A DNA stretch of 64,000 nt from a bacterium (lineage in GTDB: Bacteria; SAR324; NAC60-12), in NCBI GenBank assembly GCA_965205865.1, contig CBDBHR010000003.1, forward strand, positions 1 through 64,000, read 5' to 3'. Shown here in pieces: positions 20,167 to 31,449 of the stretch. Made by a program: the position numbers and the translations under genes. The notes under the pieces are model-generated. The model had not been told where the DNA came from and made no database searches. It saw only the letters and a program-made list of their open reading frames with translations. How positions within the stretch are numbered: position 1 is the stretch's first letter; each line of letters opens with the position of its first letter.

Positions 20167-20326
20167 AATTTTCTGAATCCGCTGCAATCCAGTAAGCAAG
20201 GGAGTTGAGGGGGATTTTTCGAGATAACGGGGGAGTGGTTCGAATGTCGCATATCGCAACACTATTGAAGCGATAAAGCGGCCATATTTTTATGCAACTC
20301 TATGATAATAAAGGGATTATTGATAT

Positions 20327-20345
20327 TTGTCGCATATTACGACAA
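20327..20345. promoter_or_regulatory. Probable enhancer (UAS) for the sigma-54 activator
   Basis: TTGTCG-N7-CGACAA, with a related site at ~20246-20262. Confidence 0.55.
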
Positions 20346-20416
20346 TAATCGCATTTTGCAACAGAAAAGGCGACGATGCGCGCCTGATTCTTGCGAACCA
20401 CCTTCAGCTGATCGAT

Positions 20417-22309
20417 TCAGAGCTTGGTGGGCAGGCCGTACTTCTTCAATTTCCGGTAGAGGGTCGTTCGATTGATTTCCAGGGACTGAGCCGCCTTGCT
20501 CACATTGTTACCGGAGACCTCGAGCGCGTGGAGCAGCGCCTCTCGCTCGACTTCCGCCAGCGAGCGGACCGTATTCGGCGCCGGAGTTTCCCCGTATGAA
20601 GCCCCCGGCAGGAGTTGGGGGGGAAGATTGTCCGCTTGCAGCGTGTCCGTCGTCTCCAACAGAACGGCACACTCAATGGCATTCTCCAGCTCGCGAACGT
20701 TACCGGGCCAATTATATTGCAGCAAGAGTTGTAAGGCAGCGGAGGAAAGGCTATTTACGGATTTATCGACTCTTTCGGTGTGTTTACGGAGAAAATGTTT
20801 TACCAACAAGGGAATATCTTCCCGACGTTTTCTTAGAGGAGGAACGAAGATGGGGAATGTAGAAATTCGGTAGTAGAGATCTTCTCGGAAATCATTCTTC
20901 TCAATGGAAATATCCAGGTTTTTGTTGGTGGCCACAATCAAGCGAATGTCGATGGGGATGAAGGTCGTGCCACCGACCCGGCGGATCACTCTTTCCTGCA
21001 GGACACGCAAGAGTTTGGCTTGAAAAGCTGGAGACATGTCGCCGACCTCGTCAAGAAGAACGGTACCACCCCTGGCGTACTCGAAGGTACCGATTCTTTG
21101 CCTGTAGGCTCCGGTGAAAGCGCCTTGTTCGTGTCCAAAGAGTTCGCTTTCAATGAGCTGCTCGGGAATGGCGGCGCAGTTGATGGCCAGGAAACGACCG
21201 TTCTTGCGTAAGCTGTTGAAGTGCAAGCATTTGGCGACCAGTTCCTTACCGACTCCGCTCTCGCCTAGAATGAGTACCGTGATATCACTTTCGGCAGCCT
21301 GCTTGATGAGCGAGTAAACACTTTGCATCTGATCGCTGGTACCCACCATGTTATCGAAGGAGTGGGTGTTTTCCAGTTCGGCGCGCAAGCGTAGTAATTC
21401 GGTTTTCATGCGTTCGATCTTGCACTCTTTGAGCAAGTCGCGATAGACGTAAACATCGCCGAGTGCCTCTCCCCGACCATCGATGACGGGGTGGATGGAT
21501 CGATAGAACAGACGTTGCCTCGAATCCTGAACGGTGGTGGTTTCTTCCACCATGTTGCTGGCATCCGGGAAGAGGCTTCTTTCCTTCTCATCAGTCAGAT
21601 TGAGTTCCCGGAAGCGTTTTTTGTATCGTGCCTCGAATCTCTCCGGCGAAGTCTTCTTCAGCGCGTTTTCCGAGAGGTCGAATAGTTTCTCGTACCTCTG
21701 ATTGGCAAACACAACGCGCGCAGAAACGTCCCACATGGCCATAGGGTCTTCGGCCGCGTCGAGAGCGGCTTTCAATTTCCGATAACTGTTTTTCAATTGT
21801 TCCAGTTTCTCCGCCAATTGCCGTTCGACCTTCCACTTTTCTACGAGATAAATGATCATCTGTTGAATTTCTTCTCGCGTAAAAGGCTTCCGGATATAGA
21901 GCAATCTGCGCGGCAATCCCATTTTACGGATGTTCTCGGGCATTGCCTGCTCCGTGTCGGTGGTCATGATGACGAGTTCTAAGTCGCTATCGATCTTTCT
22001 CACCCTGCGGACCGTTTCAATGCCATCGATACCCGGAGACATCCTGACGTCGATGTAAGCGACAGCTACAGGACAGCTGGATTCCTTTCCCGCCTTGATG
22101 ATTTCGCAAGCTTCTTCTCCGCTTGACGCATGTAAGAGTACGTACTCCGGCTGCCAGGTCAATTCTTCTTCGATGATAAATTCAGCTTCCACCTCATTCG
22201 TTTTCCGCTCCATGAAGCGGGACCGTAATATCTCCGCAAAGTCGTTGTGGATTTCTTTCTGATTATCAACGATCAACACGCGACAGTTCAATTGATCTGT
22301 GTTTTCCAT
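20417..22309 (-). CDS. Sigma-54-dependent activator (REC-PAS-AAA+-Fis HTH)
   Basis: [32 protein letters not shown]-terminal HTH. Confidence 0.95.
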   Translation of the reverse strand: MENTDQLNCRVLIVDNQKEIHNDFAEILRSRFMERKTNEVEAEFIIEEELTWQPEYVLLHASSGEEACEIIKAGKESSCPVAVAYIDVRMSPGIDGIETVRRVRKIDSDLELVIMTTDTEQAMPENIRKMGLPRRLLYIRKPFTREEIQQMIIYLVEKWKVERQLAEKLEQLKNSYRKLKAALDAAEDPMAMWDVSARVVFANQRYEKLFDLSENALKKTSPERFEARYKKRFRELNLTDEKERSLFPDASNMVEETTTVQDSRQRLFYRSIHPVIDGRGEALGDVYVYRDLLKECKIERMKTELLRLRAELENTHSFDNMVGTSDQMQSVYSLIKQAAESDITVLILGESGVGKELVAKCLHFNSLRKNGRFLAINCAAIPEQLIESELFGHEQGAFTGAYRQRIGTFEYARGGTVLLDEVGDMSPAFQAKLLRVLQERVIRRVGGTTFIPIDIRLIVATNKNLDISIEKNDFREDLYYRISTFPIFVPPLRKRREDIPLLVKHFLRKHTERVDKSVNSLSSAALQLLLQYNWPGNVRELENAIECAVLLETTDTLQADNLPPQLLPGASYGETPAPNTVRSLAEVEREALLHALEVSGNNVSKAAQSLEINRTTLYRKLKKYGLPTKL

Positions 22310-22410
22310 CAAATATTCTCTTGTCTGCGTATGTTTCAGAACCTGTTTAAAAATGCCGGGATGAGAGAAAAAAACGTTCTCTCTCCGTGGCAAAAAGGGG
22401 GTTAAATAAG

Positions 22411-22496
22411 AAAGTGGTCAGGCCTTTGATTAAATGAAAAGGGGGCAAAAAAACTGGACTCGTTCCTAATCAAATAATCAAAGGCCTGACCACTTT
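22411..22496. repeat. 86-bp element with 22-bp perfect inverted repeats
   Basis: AAAGTGGTCAGGCCTTTGATTA ... TAATCAAAGGCCTGACCACTTT. Confidence 0.9.
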
Positions 22497-22991
22497 TCCA
22501 ATAGGATCTCCCGGATAATTAAGCAGATGTTCCTCACCAACGCCCAATACCGATACCGGTTGACCACTCGAAATTGCAAAATCGCGAAAAAATACCTTTC
22601 GACCATCAGGGAAACGTTTCAAATCGATTTCGGGAATTTGCGCTGAAGTGCTGTTGTATGGTATCACGGCGAAACGCACCTTTTTTTCCGCCATTGCCTC
22701 CAGTACATCCGGGTGATGTCCAATGACCTGCTGAATCAACCATGCCGCTTCCGCCAAGGCGTATGGACTTACATTTTCGCCTGACACGACGGGCAATCCT
22801 CCTGCATCAACCCATTGCTGATAATACGCATCCGGCTCAAATTTCTCACGCACAGTGTCCGGAATGGGGATTTTATTTTCAGCGACATTTTCACTAACCT
22901 CACTACTACCACCACCGCCACCACACCCGGCGATGAGCAAGGCAACGAGGAGCATTAAAATTAAATACTGATTGATGTTTAAATTTTCATA
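22470..22991 (-). pseudogene. Lipoprotein, truncated (possible zincin-like peptidase N-terminus)
   Basis: LIAGC lipobox; cut by the IR element after NYPGDP; start frameshifted relative to the 19822 copy. Confidence 0.6.
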
Positions 22992-23968
22992 ATTCTATTC
23001 TTGTTCTAAATTTAACTGAGTTCGAGACAACGAACTAAATGATTTGAAGCTGCATCGTCTCTTTCAATGCGAGCCCCTCGGGGGCCGGAACGTAAAGAAA
23101 CGTTGCATTTGAGACCCTTCCTGATCGTTTAAATCGCTTGCATACATGAATCTCCTTTTTAAAAAGTGGAAATCCGGTAGACGAGCAACTTATTCACCAA
23201 ACGGCTTCTTGACCATTTCTGATTATTTTTATTGAATTGCTGTCCGGTTCGAGATGGAATTGTCGCAAATTAAATAAACTATATGTCTCAAGATGCGTGC
23301 CAAATTTTCTGAATCCGCTGCAATCCAGTAAGTAAGGGAGTTGAGGGGGAGTTCTTAAGATGATATGGGAGGTTTCGAAAGTCGCAATTTGCAACACTAT
23401 CGAAGCGATCAAGCGGACATATTTTATGCAAATCTATGATAATAAAGGGATTATTTAGAATTGTCGCATATTACGACAATAATAGCATTTTGCAACAGAA
23501 AAGGCGACGATGCGCGCCTGATTCTTGCGAATCATCTTCAGCTGATCGATTCAGAGCTTGGTGGGCAGGCCGTACTTCTTCAATTTCCGGTAGAGGGTCG
23601 TTCGATTGATTTCCAGGGACTGAGCCGCCTTGCTCACATTGTTACCGGAGACCTCGAGCGCGTGGAGCAGCGCCTCTCGCTCGACTTCCGCTAGCGAGCG
23701 GACCGTATTCGGCGCCGGAGTTTCCCCGTATGAAGCCCCCGGCAGGAGTTGGGGGGGGGGGAGATTGTCCGCTTGCAGCGTGTCCGTCGTCTCCAACAGA
23801 ACGGCACACTCAATGGCATTCTCCAGCTCGCGAACGTTACCGGGCCAATTATATTGCAGCAAGAGTTGTAAGGCAGCGGAGGAAAGGCTATTTACGGATT
23901 CATCGACTCTTTCGGTGTGTTTACGGAGAAAATGTTTTGCCAACAAGGGAATATCTTCCCGACGTTTT
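22958..23968. repeat. ~1-kb direct repeat, copy 2
   Basis: See 19822-20831. Confidence 0.95.
23551..23968 (-). pseudogene. 3' fragment of the sigma-54 activator
   Basis: Near-identical to the C-terminal ~135 aa of 20417..22309. Confidence 0.9.
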
Positions 23969-24140
23969 GAGAAGAGGAAGAAAGGGGTCAGGCCGTGCGC
24001 CAGTAGACCTCTGTAATGTCCTGCTTCAACATGCCATTTGCATCAAACTCAATGGGGCCCGCTAGGCTGGCCAGCCCAGACGTCAGACCAAACAGTATCA
24101 ACTTGACACGGTCGACGGGAACCCCCGCTTGTATAGCCGC

Positions 24141-25323
24141 TAGTGTGTCGCTCTTTTATTAATGTGTAAAAAAATCCTTGGTTTGCTATACTACGAGCTG
24201 TCCTTTTTTTTGCATATATGGAGACAGCATGAGAAAAGCACCAAGTATAAAACTGACCCGGGAAGAACGGGATGAATTGGGCAAAACCGCACGCCGTCAT
24301 ACCGGAGCGATGCGAGACACTCGTCGTGCGCGCATCATCCTGTTGGCTGCTGATGGCCTTAAGAATCAAGAAATTGCCAAAACGCTTGGAACCAGCGGTA
24401 ATGCCGTTGGAAAGTGGCGACGGCGCTTTGTTGAAAAAGGAATAACAGGTCTCAATGATGATCCGCGGCCTGGCAGGACACGCATTTATGGAGCGGATAA
24501 AATCGAGGAGATTGTGAAGAAAACCATTGAAGAGAAGCCTGAGGACCGTACCCATTGGAGCACGCGATCGATGGCCAAGGCAGTTGGCGTAGGCAAGACA
24601 ACCGTCGGTAAAGTATGGAAGGCCCATCGCCTCAAGCCTCATCTGGAAAAAACATTTAAGTTGTCGCATGATAAGCATTTCACTGCGAAACTGAAAGATG
24701 TCATCGGTTTGTACATGAATCCTCCTGAGAAAGCGCTGGTCTTGAGCGTCGATGAGAAATCACAAATCCAGGCACTCGATCGCACCCAGCCAGGTCTGCC
24801 ACTGAAACCAGGGCGCAATGGCACCAGAACTCATGATTATATCCGTCATGGCACCTGCTGTCTGTTTACTGCTTTGAATACGCAGACAGGGGAAGTGCTC
24901 GCTCGCTGTGAAAAACGGCACCGACACCAAGAGTATCTGCGCTTCCTGCGTCTTATTGACAAGACTACCTCGAAGCAACTGCAGGTACACTTGATCCTGG
25001 ACAATTACGCCACCCACAAACATCTTAAGGTGAAAGAATGGCTCAAAAAACACCCGCGATTTCACCCGCATTTCATTCCTACTTCCTCCTCATGGCTGAA
25101 CATGGTGGAACGCTTTTTTGGCAAGATCACTGCAGAACGGATTCGACGAGGCGCCTTCAAAAGCGTGCTCGAGTTGACCGAAGCCATCCATAGTTACATC
25201 GAGACACACAATCGCAACCCAAAACCCTATGTCTGGACTAAAACTGCCGAAGAAATTATCAACAAACTCAAACCTGTCTACCAAATGACCAATAATACAA
25301 TGTATTAAACAGGCAATACACTA
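24141..25323 (+). mobile_element. IS630 family element
   Basis: CTAG at both ends, imperfect TIR TAGTGT...ACACTA. Confidence 0.9.
24229..25308 (+). CDS. IS630 transposase
   Basis: VDEKS, HDYIRHGT, ILDNYATH, SSWLNMVERFF. Confidence 0.97.
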   Translation: MRKAPSIKLTREERDELGKTARRHTGAMRDTRRARIILLAADGLKNQEIAKTLGTSGNAVGKWRRRFVEKGITGLNDDPRPGRTRIYGADKIEEIVKKTIEEKPEDRTHWSTRSMAKAVGVGKTTVGKVWKAHRLKPHLEKTFKLSHDKHFTAKLKDVIGLYMNPPEKALVLSVDEKSQIQALDRTQPGLPLKPGRNGTRTHDYIRHGTCCLFTALNTQTGEVLARCEKRHRHQEYLRFLRLIDKTTSKQLQVHLILDNYATHKHLKVKEWLKKHPRFHPHFIPTSSSWLNMVERFFGKITAERIRRGAFKSVLELTEAIHSYIETHNRNPKPYVWTKTAEEIINKLKPVYQMTNNTMY

Positions 25324-25683
25324 GTTTATTCCCCCCCGGTGGCGAAGATCCGGTTGTCGAATCGCCTCCTTAGTTAACTTACTGAAAATATAGACTAATA
25401 CCTCTGAGAAAGGCCTTTATCCACCTGAAGCAGGAGTCTGAATATATTGACTTTACTAGATCGGAAAGAGTGGTTAACTAATTGATATTAAAAATTTAAA
25501 CACCAAAATCCAAGTTTTAATACATAAGTCTAATGTTTTTGGCAACTATAGGGGGGAGTGATTCGGAGACTGCTTTGACCAGATTGGGTGAGATCGCTGT
25601 AACGCGTCCTGTTGGCGATAAACCTAATGATATTCGGCAGAAAACGGGGATTTTTCGTTCAGATACAGATTATGTGATGGATT

Positions 25684-26997
25684 CTAAACAACAGTAGGTC
25701 TTCTGTTTCCGATCAGGGCGACTGAATATAGAGGTGTGAACTGAAGCTTCTGTTCGGACCGTCTGCTGTATGTGCCGTCATACAGCACCAGCCCGTGTGG
25801 ACAGTTGTTAAATTTCTCAAGCATCAAATGCAGACTTCGCAAGCTGCCGCCTTTGCCGGATTTTACTTCCAGCGGGTAAATGTTCCCTTCGCGAACTACA
25901 AGGTAATCTATTTCGGCACTGCTGCCGCGGGCGTCTCGCGCCCAGTAGAACAACTCGGAACTATGCCATGCCAGTAGTTCTTGAGCGACAAACTGCTCGG
26001 CCAGCTTTCCGCGGTACATGGCCAGAAGGTTTTCCTGTTGCAATTCCAATTCAACCGGAACCTGGCAAATACGCTGCAAAAGTCCTATGTCCAATAGGGA
26101 GGCTTTAAACTTTTTGGGGTTGGCAGTTGCGCCCAATGGCAAACCGGACGGATGGCAGGCCGGGATCTTATGCGCGATTCCGGCTTTTGTCAGCAGGTCA
26201 AAGGCTTTGTGATTCATCTGTCCGGAAAAGCCGGAATGAAGCTGGGTATATTTCAATTGTTCGCCGACACTTTTTGCTATATTCAAAAAGACACCATCCA
26301 GGCATGTCGTATCGATGCGAGGTTTATACCTGGAGAAATCGTCTCGGAATGAATCGATGATTTCCGATTGAACTTGGAACGTTTCAACCATCGATCCTGA
26401 ATCGCGCCAAGTTTGGACACATTCGGGCATGCCACCGACTATGAAATAGCGGCGCAATTCTTTGAGAATCATTTGTTGGATTGATTTAGTGACCCTTTCC
26501 GGAGGGATTAGAGAATAGTCCGCCATCGGATCTTTGTCCAATGCGAGAAGATATTCGTAGAATGTCATTGGGTGCAGATGCAGGTATTGCACTCGTCCAA
26601 CAGGGATGGAAATCTCGTCAAAAGCAAACTCCAATAGTGAACCCGCCGTTACAACATGAAGTTCGGGCATTTGTTCGTAGAAATATCGCAATGCGGTAAT
26701 CGCTCGCGGACAGGCCTGAATCTCGTCGAAAAAAAGCAGCGTTTTCCCGGGAACGATTCGATTCGTTGCTAATTCGACCTGGTTCAGTATTGTGCGGGGC
26801 TCCAGACTTCCGTCGAAATACCCATGGAAATCACGACGTTTTTCCAAGTCGATTTTAACAAAACCGTCAAATTGGTTCGCCAAAACATTTTCTACAAGCC
26901 AAGTTTTCCCGACCTGACGCTCCCCACGAATAATCAGTGGTTTGCGCCGTGGCGAATTCTTCCATCTGATAATCTCTTCTTCCGCCAATCTCCTCAT
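25684..26997 (-). CDS. AAA_14 ATPase with DUF4143 / PD-(D/E)xK-like C-terminus
   Basis: GERQVGKT, FFDEIQ, GGMPE, EIDY..PLEVKSG. Confidence 0.9.
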   Translation of the reverse strand: MRRLAEEEIIRWKNSPRRKPLIIRGERQVGKTWLVENVLANQFDGFVKIDLEKRRDFHGYFDGSLEPRTILNQVELATNRIVPGKTLLFFDEIQACPRAITALRYFYEQMPELHVVTAGSLLEFAFDEISIPVGRVQYLHLHPMTFYEYLLALDKDPMADYSLIPPERVTKSIQQMILKELRRYFIVGGMPECVQTWRDSGSMVETFQVQSEIIDSFRDDFSRYKPRIDTTCLDGVFLNIAKSVGEQLKYTQLHSGFSGQMNHKAFDLLTKAGIAHKIPACHPSGLPLGATANPKKFKASLLDIGLLQRICQVPVELELQQENLLAMYRGKLAEQFVAQELLAWHSSELFYWARDARGSSAEIDYLVVREGNIYPLEVKSGKGGSLRSLHLMLEKFNNCPHGLVLYDGTYSRRSEQKLQFTPLYSVALIGNRRPTVV

Positions 26998-27037
26998 GAA
27001 AAAAACTCCTTTTGATTGAACATCCAAACGCACTATT

Positions 27038-27235
27038 TAACCTGAGTTCGACATAAATCTTCAATAATATGAGTATCCTAGTGTATATGTCATCCTCGCG
27101 AAAGCGGGGATCCGGATTTCAGTCTGGCTGCATACCTCTGGATTCCTGCTTTCGCAGGAATGACAAGGTTTCTCTAAGATATGAAGATTCCGTAACATAT
27201 TAAATTTATTAAATTCTTATCTCGAACTCAGGTTA
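27038..27235 (+). mobile_element. MITE with 14-bp TIR (TAACCTGAGTTCGA)
   Basis: Complete 198-bp copy with unmodified internal REP pair. Confidence 0.9.
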
Positions 27236-27554
27236 TTTAAAACAAATACACGCTAAACCACCTACTATTGTCGTAGAAAGTCAACGTTGGTTATACGTTT
27301 TTATCGTAGAAAGTCAAGGGTAATACTATCTTAGCAATGTAGAACATCAAGTAAAAAAGAAGATGAAAGAAGTTGGTTTTTTGGTATTCTGTCTTCGACT
27401 GCATAAAAAACAGGAAACTCGAGTAGTAGTTTTGGGAAGATTTTGATGAGGACTGGGGGAATAGCTCATTGTATCTGATTCAACGAGCGCAACTTCTTCT
27501 GGGATAATCAACTGGAATTAATTTTGTTATTTTTTCTTATTCTAAAGCATTCGA

Positions 27555-27700
27555 TTACCTCCTCCTATCTATCTCGTACTTTTTCATCTTGTTGAAGAGT
27601 GTTGCCCGGGAGATCCCCAGGGTGGAAGCGGTTTTTAACTTGTGACCATGGTAATTTTTCAGGGCGCTGACAATATACCCTTTTTCATAATCCACGACAT
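27555..27700 (-). pseudogene. Fis-type HTH fragment
   Basis: YEKGYIVSALKNYHGHKLKTASTLGISRATLFNKMKKY. Confidence 0.7.
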
Positions 27701-28363
27701 AATAAGCTATATGGCCGACATCGTCGTCGCGGGTTTCTAAAAACTATTTGCGCACCGTATGCCCCTGAACCGGTTGCAACAGTTCAACAAAATCGTACCG
27801 ATTTTACAGAAGGCCGCCTTGGTGATTACCACTGAGTCCGGTGTTTTTCCATAGACCAGATATTCCTCATAATCACTGCTGTCGATCGTAAATTTCCGTA
27901 TTAATTCCGTAAAGCCTGGTTTTTTATACGCTTCGAGTATCTTTTCCAGGCCCCGAACTGGCATGCCCAGGTGCGCAAACTTCTGGTTATCATCCATAGC
28001 CTCTTCTCTGATTTATTGATCGTGGTTGATACAGATTTGCACCTCGCAGTTATGCGTATGCTGATCGCCGGCACCATGTCAAGTGCCCACAAAGGTACAG
28101 TTTCGTAAATTTTTTTTTGGCGATAAATGGGGATTGGTGATTGAATAAAAGGGGGTTGATTTTTCGCTTTCATTTTTTGAGTTCTCTTCTTCTCAAAAGA
28201 CAAAATAATAAGTCATGTTACCGTGAAGAAAACTATCTGACCTACTGAAACTATATGGTTTGTTATTTTTCTTCATCCTCCGGGGTGAAAATAATTTACA
28301 TGAAGGTTACGTGTATATTTTTTGCATTCAGCGGTTTCCATGAATACGCTTCCCCACAAGTGT

Positions 28364-28738
28364 GTCATTCCTGGCGAAGACCAGGAATCCAGGAGTCGCC
28401 ATCATGAAAACCTACTACGTTTATATCTGAGCAAGTAAAAGAAATGGCACTTTATATATTGGAGTGACCAATGATCTTCTTAGAAGAGTTTATGAACATA
28501 AAAACAATCTCATAGAAGGATTTACCAGTAAATACCAAGTACGTCAATTGGTAAACTATGAGACCACTTCAGAGGTAACAACTGCTCTCCGGAGAGAAAA
28601 ACAACTCGAGAAATGGAAACGAGCTTGGAAAATCGAACTCATTGAGAAAAATAATCCTCAATGGAAAGATTTATATGAAACGTTTTAGTCACCCTGAATC
28701 GCCAGCCCGGTGGATTCCTGGTCTTCGCCAGGAATGAC
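28364..28738. mobile_element. GIY-YIG gene flanked by 28-bp perfect inverted REP-like repeats
   Basis: GTCATTCCTGGCGAAGACCAGGAATCCA (28364-28391) and its reverse complement (28711-28738). Confidence 0.85.
28404..28688 (+). pseudogene. GIY-YIG nuclease with in-frame TGA at codon 9
   Basis: [32 protein letters not shown]...REKQL.KW.R.WK. Confidence 0.9.
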
Positions 28739-28804
28739 GACTCGATGAGACGCATAACTGCAAAATCCGTGCATGCATCATCAGATAATAATTGACCCTT
28801 TTTC

Positions 28805-29647
28805 TTACCGGTGTTCGCACAGCCCACCGTCAATGATGATAGTTTTGCCGGTGACATAATCGGATAGGTCCGTCACCAGGAACTCCACCACTCCGGCACA
28901 GTCTTCAATGGTTCCCTCCCGTCGTAACGGTATCTTATCAGCCAAGTTCCTCCGATCACCCAGTCTGCCGGTGCGGATGATGGCCGGGGCAATGCTGTTG
29001 ACATTGATGTTATACGGGCCAAGATCCCGGGCTAACGATCGGGTATAATGGATGATGGCTGCCTTGGCCGTTCCATAGGGAGTATATCCGGCATGAGCCA
29101 TCACCCCGTCAGTGGAAGAAACCGTTACGATTTTGCCGGAATTCTGGGATTTCATATACGGGGCCACAGCCATGCAGGTATACATGCAGGTCATGAGATT
29201 GCTCTCCAGTACCCGGGTGAGGGTTTCCTGCGGGCAGTCCGAAGCTGTTGCGGTAGTATTGATGTCCCCTTCGCTGCCCGAAACCTCATCGAGGTCATCC
29301 CGTTCATCGGCAAAGACAACCGTACCGCCACCGGCATTGCAAACCACAATGTCCACGCGACCTAAATGTGCGACAACCTCCGCAATCGCCTTTTCTGTCG
29401 TTTGCCGTTCCCTTAAATCAGCCTCGATACCGATTGCCCGCACTCCCAAGGCTTGGCATTCTGCCATGATGGTGTCCGCTGTCATCGCTATTGTTTCGAA
29501 TTCGTAGACGGCGGCGGCATTTAAGTTTCTGTCGATGATCGCAATGTCGGCTCCCAGGTTAGCCAGTCGCAGGGCATATCCTCTACCAAGACCACGGGCG
29601 CCCCCGGTAATGACTGCTACTTTACCTTCCAACTTTTTCTCGCTCAT
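28805..29647 (-). CDS. SDR family oxidoreductase
   Basis: TGGARGLG, CNAG, YGTAK. Confidence 0.95.
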   Translation of the reverse strand: MSEKKLEGKVAVITGGARGLGRGYALRLANLGADIAIIDRNLNAAAVYEFETIAMTADTIMAECQALGVRAIGIEADLRERQTTEKAIAEVVAHLGRVDIVVCNAGGGTVVFADERDDLDEVSGSEGDINTTATASDCPQETLTRVLESNLMTCMYTCMAVAPYMKSQNSGKIVTVSSTDGVMAHAGYTPYGTAKAAIIHYTRSLARDLGPYNINVNSIAPAIIRTGRLGDRRNLADKIPLRREGTIEDCAGVVEFLVTDLSDYVTGKTIIIDGGLCEHR

Positions 29648-29853
29648 AGACTATTCTCCTATTTACATCTTATACCGTTTACGATTTGAAATTAGCCACT
29701 AGCTGTCATCTCGACGGGGTCGCCATCGACCAACGGGAGGGATCAGAAGATCTCTATCTACTTCGGCATTGGCCGATTTTTGTTTTCGTAACCAGCAGCA
29801 TTCAGTTTCCGAAACCGACACCTCGCTTTCTTTTTCCAGTTTCACTTCCATGG

Positions 29854-30142
29854 CTAAAACCCCTGCGCTGGTGTTTCCCACTGATCAGAAATCACATCAA
29901 TCACAACAGGACTGTTTGGATTACGTTCCCTGCCCAACGCGTCTCTCATCTCTTCAAGCGTTGTTACCGTATAGCCTCTCACACCAAAACCTCTCACCAC
30001 CGTGGCAGTCGACGTGGGAAAAGTCGGTTGAATCATAATTTTGAACGTAGCATTTCTTTTGTACGCGCATGATCCAACCGAGGGCGTCGTTGTTGAAGAT
30101 GATGGTGAAGATTGGCAGCTTGAAGCGATTCATCAATTCCAA
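29854..30142 (-). pseudogene. TPP-binding enzyme C-terminal fragment, frameshifted
   Basis: LPIFTIIFNNDALGWI ... FGVRG ... PVVIDVI. Confidence 0.7.
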
Positions 30143-30212
30143 ATGGTTTCAATCGCGGTGATTTTCATAACAAACCCTCCCCCTTATTGATAGTCAGGTA
30201 ATTTTATAAATG

Positions 30213-30327
30213 TGTCATCCTGACGGTCCGCCTGGTCCGCATACGGGAAGCGGCAAAGCGAAGAATCTCCGGAATGTTGCACCTAGATCCTTCGCCGTTG
30301 GCTCAGGTGGTTCTCCGAACGATGACA
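30213..30327. repeat. Degenerate TGTCATCCTGA...GATGACA REP pair
   Basis: GCGAAGAATCT / AGATCCTTCGC inner arms; sits at the accessory/core boundary. Confidence 0.6.
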
Positions 30328-30641
30328 AGCTACTACATTGAATCATAACAAAAGATGTTAATAAGTCGAGGAGATCCGCTCTTGATTTTTCTGAAAATTA
30401 TGGAAGGCAAGGACTCAGGAGTTTCCTTTGAACAGCGAATGGGCGGGAAAGGGGAGCCAATGGTCTTGGGGTAACGGGTTGAGAGCATTTTACCAGTGTA
30501 TTTCAACCCAGTCTCCTCTCGAGGGAACTCATTGAAAATTGCTGAAATCGTTTGGAGCAGGTATTCCAGCAGATTGGTGGCATCAATGTGTTTCATCACC
30601 AGAAGCGCTATCCATAGCGACACCAGTCCTTTAAAGTGAGG

Positions 30642-31412
30642 TCACTCATTGTTGCCAATTACAAAGTGTTGAGGCCGCCAAGCTCGTATTGGCAGATCAA
30701 CCAGTTGCAAATGGACGGTGACCGGAACTACCTGTTGAGATCCCACTGCTAGCACATAGACAAGGGCGCTGCCTTCTTTTTCATGAATATTGATGTCCAT
30801 TTCCGGAGAATTGAAATCCTGGATACTGCCAAGTTGCTGAATGGCTTCCGGAGCGTTTTGCAGAAAATCAATTGCGGTTTGATAAGCAGCTGTTTTTTTT
30901 AAGATCAAAGGCTGGATCAAAAGCGCGCTGAAGAAGTAGCCAAAAAAAATAGTATTGGCAGTCATCAAACGAATAATAAAACGACGAGGTTTGGGATTTT
31001 CGATAACTACGGTGCGTAACCATCGGTCTCCAAGCCGCCGTCCATGACTGTCTCTCAAAAGTAATATGCCCTCCAGAGGCAAAATCAGCAATGATAAGTT
31101 TCTCAGAATACCTTTTGCAGAAGACGGACTTTGCGACAAATTTTCTAATTGTCGAACTGTGATACCAACGATGAATTTTCCAGGACTACATCCCTTCCAT
31201 CCGTCTTTGCAAAGCAACAGGCAAAAGATTCCCAAGTAAACTGGAATGAGATTTTGCCAAGTTGAAGAAGAAAGCCGCAGGTCCCAATGTTCTGGGTAAC
31301 TGAGATAATTGATCGTATTGACCAGCAGGAGGGCAAAGGCAAAATCCAAGATTAAGGCGAATAAACGTTTGCCATGGGACGCGATTTTCAGTTTTTCCCG
31401 TTTTGCAGCCAA
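30642..31412 (-). CDS. RDD family membrane protein
   Basis: KRLFALILD, SPGK, RRLGD. Confidence 0.85.
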   Translation of the reverse strand: MAAKREKLKIASHGKRLFALILDFAFALLLVNTINYLSYPEHWDLRLSSSTWQNLIPVYLGIFCLLLCKDGWKGCSPGKFIVGITVRQLENLSQSPSSAKGILRNLSLLILPLEGILLLRDSHGRRLGDRWLRTVVIENPKPRRFIIRLMTANTIFFGYFFSALLIQPLILKKTAAYQTAIDFLQNAPEAIQQLGSIQDFNSPEMDINIHEKEGSALVYVLAVGSQQVVPVTVHLQLVDLPIRAWRPQHFVIGNNE

Positions 31413-31449
31413 AAAAACCTCGGATTTATGCTACGATGATTAAAGCGCT

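Larger units (their letters stand above)
19822..20831. repeat. ~1-kb direct repeat, copy 1 (copy 2 at 22958-23968)
   Basis: Near-identical regulator 3' end, promoter region and lipoprotein gene start. Confidence 0.95.

Noticed and set aside
23990-24140. Group II intron start (GTGCG at ~23994)
   Set aside because: No intron stems follow; the minus strand reads as a sugar-ABC permease scrap (GVPVDRVKLILFGL)
25326-25560. Possible MITE with C-run/G-run ends
   Set aside because: End match too weak and no second copy in the window
28428-28430. Recoded TGA or alternative genetic code
   Set aside because: TGA ends normal genes here, and the position is usually a hydrophobic residue; a simple nonsense change is more likely
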